Assembly (NCBI GenBank): GCA_977017575.1
Contig: CDRNVI010000144.1
Span: forward strand, 372,001 to 436,000
Source: Paramoeba atlantica
Taxonomy: Eukaryota; Protista; Discosea
DNA: 64,000 nucleotides
Direction of reading: 5' to 3'
The notes beneath the pieces are model-generated. The model was given only the letters and a program-made list of their open reading frames with translations. It had not been told where the DNA came from and ran no database searches. The position numbers were made by a program, and so were the translations under genes. This document shows positions 58,401-64,000 of this stretch, in pieces (within the stretch, counting starts at the first letter, position 1; every line of letters begins with the position of its first letter).

Positions 58401-61400
58401 TGCTGATCAACCTGATTGCAAAGCTTCAAAGACAATTAGATGTGAAGGTCAAAATCATTCAATGCGACAGTGCTTGGGAATTTGTCAGTCCTGCAACGAA
58501 AATTGGACAATATTGCACTGAAAAAGGAATTCATATCAGATTTTCTAGTAGAGATGATTCTGCTGAAAATGGTGTTGCTGAACGTGCAAATGAGACTCGA
58601 TGGAACACTGCTCAAGCGATTTGAATCCATGCTGGATTGCCTGAACAATTTTGGGATTATGCTGAAAAACTTGCAAGTGTTGTAAGCTCCTACATTGTGA
58701 AAGAAGGTGAAGAGATTTCCCCCTTCCAGAAGCTGTATGGTCGCAAACCCAATATTGAGTTGATTCGCCCTTTTGGTTGTCATGCTTTTGCGCACATTCC
58801 CCGAAAGAACAGAACCAAACTGATGCCTAAAGCGCGCCCTGCGATCTATCTTGGCCCCTCAGAAAAAATTAATGGTTATATTTTGTATGACCCTGTAAAG
58901 AAAACTATTTTTGAAAGTTCAAGTGTGGTATTTGATGAATATGTTTTTGGTGTTTTGAACCTGTTGAAGCGTATTGATAGAGGGAATATCCCACACTATT
59001 TTGACACTTATTTGAATGAAAAATTCATTGATTTTTCGAAATTATCAGACTGTGACGACATTCTGAGTACGAACACAAATCCCGTGGATTGTGTACATGA
59101 GAATCCTGACAATTCTGCCAAAATTGTAATTGATGATGATTACCCTGTTGATGTTGAAAGGGAGAACGAAATAGGCCATTCCACTCCTGCTCCTGTAAAC
59201 TTACATTCAAAACATACTCCTTTGAATGAGAAAACCCACAGTACGGATGTGTACAGTGATGATGATGATGATGAGATGGTGCTTCTCAGTATGCCTCCTC
59301 CCGATTTTACTCAGAGCAATGGTTCTTACACACCTCCATCTTCCTCTTGCTCCTCTTGCTCCTCTTCTAGTTCCTCTTCTTCTCCAATTGTTGATCCTGC
59401 TCAAGCTGCTGCAGCCCCTGATTCTGAAATTCTCCCTCAAATTTCAGAATTAAATATGAAGGATGAAGAAAGTGAAGGAACTGATTATGACTCTGCTGAT
59501 GAAAATGAACCTGAATTGCCGATTGACCTTGATAATTTTGAAATGTTCGATTACCCACCAGATGATCATGATCCTGACCCTTATGACCCTGCAGACCAAT
59601 CTGCATCTCCTTACTCTTCCTCTACATACAACTCTGAAACTGATTCTGAAGTTGATTTCAATCTTGTTACTCAATCTCAACCTGATGATGAAATTAACAT
59701 CTCTGAACCAAATGAATCTGATGATGCAGCTGAAGAAGTAAGACACTCTGCTTGCTTCCAAGACCCTGACTACCAACATAGTGCCATTGGAAAAGCGTTC
59801 AGTGCCCTGAAAATACCTTGGAATACGTTTGGTGAACCTGGCCGTGGTTACAAAGATCTTGATTTCCTTGACTATGCCTTCCATGCTGACCAAGTTGTTA
59901 ATGACAAAGTTACCCCCCGATCCTACAAGCAAGCCGCTCGTTCAAATGAAAAAGAAGAATGGAAACAAGCCTGCAAAAGAGAATATGATGCTCATATTGA
60001 AAATAAAACTTGGGAATTGGTGCCTCCTCCCCTGAAGTTCCCCAAGGATGGAAAGAAACACATTATTATGCAAGGCCTGTGGCGATTTCGAATTAAGACT
60101 GAAAATGGTGTAATATCCAAGTTCAAAGCTCGATTTTGTGCAAACGGTTCTCATGTAAAACATAGTCTTGTGAAAGATCCCAATTTTGACCAAGAAGATA
60201 ATTATGCTGGAACTGCAACCACTGAATCTCTCAATTTGACATTTGCTATTGCTGCTATGTTTGACCTCGATGTGAATTCTGGAGATGTCCCAAGTGCCTA
60301 TATCCAAGCTGACATTCCTGATGGCGATATTGTTTATTATGTCACTCAACCCGAAGGTTTCGAAGATCCTGAACATCCCGAATATCTCTGTCGATTGAAC
60401 AAAGCTCTCTATGGTGTGCCAATTGCTGGACAATGTTGGAATCTGACTTTTCGAAAATTTCTTATTGAAGAGCTGCAATTCCATTGTCTGACTGCTGATC
60501 CCAATCTCTACATTCGTGTTGAACCTGATGGAAACTTCTGTTTATTCCCAACTGTTGTTGATGATAATTTGGATGTTTGTACTTGTCCAAAGCTCCGTGA
60601 AGAGATTTACTCCAAACTGATTGAAAGATTCAAGTGGAAGCCTAGTGGAAAATGCTCCTGGTTCCTTGGTTGTGGTGTGAAACAAAATCACAAAGAAATT
60701 TCTCTCAATCAGTGTGCCTTCCTCAACAATTTATTGGAGAGTTTTGACTGCCACAAAATAAGAAAGAGTGATACTCCTGCTGTGAGTAAAGTTCTGCCTA
60801 TGCCTAAGCCTGACGAACCCCCGACTGATTTTCCCTATGCTAGTCTTGTTGGTTCTCTAATTTGGTTGACGAAAACTCGTCCTGATATTTCATATGCTGT
60901 TTCCCAATGCTCTTGCTTCTTGAACACCTACACTAAAGATCATGACAAAGCTGCTCTACGAATTCTCGGTTATCTTGCCAAATATCCTGATTATGAATTG
61001 GTGTTTCCCAAATCCAAATCTGAGACTAAAGAACTTGTGATTTCCGCCCAAGCTGACTCAAGCCATCAAGATGTTACAGAAGACAGATCCTCATCTTATG
61101 GTTTTGCTATTTTTGCAAATGGTTCTCCCATATCCTGGCGTTCCAAGAAATCTCCTCAAGTTTGTTGGTCCAGTTGTGAATCTGAATACCATGCCCTTGC
61201 TGAAGCATCCTGTGAATTGAAATTTGTTGATAACATTCTCTCTGAGTTGTGCATCCCGTACAAAAGACCTTTCTTGCTCCAATCCAATTCTGAACCTGCG
61301 ATGGCTATTGCAAAGATTCCCCGTGTAAACCAAAGAACTAAGCAAATTGAAGCCTTTGATCATTACACAAGAAAAGCATTGCAAGATGGCTTGATTGAGT

Positions 61401-62062
61401 TGGATTATGTGCCCACTAAAGATAACCTTGCCAATATTTTTACAAAACCCCTTGGACCCAATGTGTTTACACCTCACCGGAATAATCTTATTCGTCCCTG
61501 TTGCTCTGCGAATTAACTTCATGATGAAAGGGAGTGTTAGAATATCAGTATTCTTGGTTTGAAGAATGTTTGACTTAATGGAGAACATCATTTGTGAATT
61601 CTATGATCACGAGTTGTGCTATCCTGAAGCGTCTCATCTTCCTCTTTCGAATGGCGCTAGTTCCATCTGAATCTGACAACTACACACTGAGATATTGATC
61701 AATCATTGAATTGTGCCTTCAAGAATACCTTTGCCCTATTTCAGACCCAATTTGATTGCATAGTTTATTCTCCATATTCTGATCTTTCAGCCCATGAATT
61801 TATTTGTGCTGATGTCATCTGTTGTTCCCTTCCTTAAACTTGTTGTGTCTTTGTGTCTCTTACGTGTGCTTTTATTTGTGTGTGTTTCTCTGTTTTTGCA
61901 CTTGGTGTCACATTGTTAAATATGTGCTTGAAACCTGTTTGTAAATAAATGCGTGAGAGACTTTGTTTTTTCTCACGTTCCCAGCTCTCGCCATGGAATG
62001 AAGTTTGCACCTTTCTTTTCTTTTCTCAGCAATCTTCTTCCACCAAACCCCGCCACTTGACA
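55435..62062 (+). mobile_element. Ty1/copia element, inverted-duplicate copy
   Basis: LTRs at 55,435-55,962 and 61,535-62,062; TSD ATCAT; PBS at 55,963-55,974; same flanks and same LTR variants as the left copy. Confidence 0.98.
56315..61516 (+). CDS. Copia gag-pol polyprotein with an in-frame TGA at 58,622-58,624
   Basis: Translation identical to the left copy from MEDDY onward in the ORF track. Confidence 0.93.
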
Positions 62063-62645
62063 ATCATGAAGACATCCTCCTCTTTGTGGGCAAGGATAGC
62101 ATAGTGTTTGACCCTTGCCTCCACTCTAATACTTCCCTTGAGGTTGGTTTGGCTTTCAATAGCTCTCAGGAAGTTGGAGAAGATAGAGATCTCATTGGGG
62201 AAGGCAAAAGCTCCTACTGGGAAGAGGGGGTATACCCTGGCTCCTTTGATGAGAGTCAGGTTAAGTTTGGTAGCAAGGCAAGTGGACAGGGAGGCATTCT
62301 TAATATCAATCATTTCCCAAAGCTTGGCAATTGTTTGGTTCATACCTGGGACTGCTTTTTTCAGGAATAATGGTGTTGAATTAGCATTTCCTCCAGCAAC
62401 TCTGTTGAAAGACAGGTTAGAGCTTTTGGAGAACATAATTGGATAGAGTAAGTTGAGAGCTATCAGCAGATATGCTCAGCTCCCTGTGGGGTGGTCTTCT
62501 ACCACAGCAAACTTGAGAAAGGGAAGATAACAGCAAAAAAGAACCCTCAAATGATTCCTAAGGGTTTTTTTTTTAAGTCTACTGTATGATTTTCAAAGTC
62601 TTTATATCAATCATCTCCCAAAGCTTAGCAATCATTTGGTTTATA

Positions 62646-63315
62646 TGTTGGAGTGAGACCTGCTTCCAACACAGAAGTTGTGCCTTTCAGTGCCTTTTCA
62701 GTGTTTTTAGAATCTTCCCTGAGCTTCCCCAGGCTTCCTTGAGCCTCCTTGAGCCTTCCCTGAGCTTCCTTGATGCCTTTTATCATGAGTTTTAGTCCTT
62801 TCAGAGAGCTCTAAGCCTCACAGACAGCCATGTGCCATTTTATTATAATTTTAGCTAAAATCATGAGATTTTTTGTACTCTTTTTATTCAATTTTCATGT
62901 TTGTATTTTGCCCCCTTTTTCTTGCTGCTTTGCTGCTTTCTGCCTTCTTTCTGCTTTCTTGTTACTCTCTCTCTTTCTTTCTGCTTTCCTTTGTGATTTT
63001 TTGGCTTGCTTTGCTTGCTTTTTGTTTTCTTCTTTTGTTATTATCATCTTTTGTTGCTTTCTTCCTTCTTTGGTTGCTGTGTTGACTTGGGATTCTGATT
63101 TAAGTTGAGTTTCAGCAATTCTGTGCTTTTCTCAGTTGTGATTCCTTTTGTTGTTCTTCTTTTTGCTTTTTTGTTTCTTTGTTGTTGTTTTCTTGTTCTG
63201 TTAGTGTTGGCTGGGGATCCTTCTTATAAAGGTTTTAATTCAAAGTTTCTGTTTCTCTTTCTTTTCTCTTGTTTTCTCTGTTGATTCTGCTCCCCTCCTC
63301 ACATCTATCCTCACA
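62646..63315. mobile_element. Solo LTR, mirror copy
   Basis: Reverse complement of 25,014-25,683. Confidence 0.8.
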
Positions 63316-64000
63316 CATACCTGGAACTGTTTTTTTCAGGAATAATGGTGTTGAATTAGTGTTTCCTCCAGCAATTCTGCTGAAGGACAAGTTAGAGCTT
63401 TTGGAGGACATAATTGGATAGAGTAAGTTGAGAGCTATCAGCAGATATGCTCAACTTCCTGTGGGGTGGTTTTCTACCACAGCAAACTTGAGAAAGGGAA
63501 GATAATAGCAAAAAAGAACCCTCAGATAACTTCTAAGGGTTTTTTTTTTTTTTTAGTTTCCTTTCTCTTCAATAATAGATTGGATCATGAAGCTATCTTC
63601 CTCCTTGTGGGTAAGGATGGCATAGTGTTTGGTTCTTGCCTCCACTCTAATACTTCTCTTGAGGTTGGTTTGACTTTCAATAGCTCTCAGGAAGTTGGGG
63701 AAGGTAGGAATCTCATTGGGGAAGGCAAAAGCTTCTACTGGGGAGAGGGGGCATACTCTGGCTCCTTTAATGAGAGACAAGTTGAGTTTGGTAGCAAGGT
63801 GAGTGGAAAAGGAGGCATTCTTAATATCAATCATCTCCCAAAGCTTAGCAATCATTTGGTTCATATCTGAGACTGCTTTTTTCAAAAATAGTAGTATTGA
63901 ATTAGCATTTCCTCCAGCAACTCTGTTGAAAAACAAATTAAAGCTTTTGGAAGATATAATTGGATAGAGTAAGTTGAGAACTATCAGCAGATATGCTCAG

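Larger units (their letters stand above)
49418..62574 (-). mobile_element. L1-X copy D: mirror of copy B in its 5' part, truncated inside RT
   Basis: Open APE endonuclease frame at 50,903-51,829 (SWNING, LQET, NVY, GDLN, IDH, KDH); continues to QTDFCKAYDYVNCDALIH at ~49,420. Confidence 0.9.
51900..64000 (-). repeat. Right arm of the inverted duplication (runs off the window)
   Basis: Reverse complement of the left arm, including the same nested insertions. Confidence 0.97.

Noticed and set aside
26267-62062. Two independent Copia insertions
   Set aside because: Same TSD, flanks, LTR-specific variants and stop codon: one insertion that was later duplicated.

Overview
AT-rich eukaryotic genomic DNA, probably from a protist (inferred from the short exons, long low-complexity introns and plant-type LRR repeats; the host cannot be identified). 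The first ~12 kb is host-genic: a minus-strand gene with about one LRR per exon, fragmentary plus-strand spliced sequence, two adjacent palindromic MITE-like elements and a decayed Copia fragment. From ~12.1 kb to the end the window is almost entirely nested transposons: two decayed Ty3/gypsy-type elements; several copies of an L1-like LINE (ORF1 with CCHC knuckle; ORF2 with APE-RT-zinc finger, and an archaeal/plant-type RNase H in one copy); a second related LINE subfamily; two tRNA-derived SINE families that share a central core; a solo-LTR family; and a young 6.6 kb Ty1/copia element. A large inverted duplication (24,329-~36,430 mirrored by ~51,900-64,000; coordinates sum to 88,329) duplicates the Copia/L1/SINE nest, and its identity falls in steps towards the centre. 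The main leads are a Copia primer-binding site matching a half-tRNA-Lys(CUU), the two core-sharing SINEs with SINE-A found only in L1, a 5' hairpin conserved across both LINE subfamilies, and strongly directional C->T/G->A decay of repeats. All alignments and counts were made by eye.
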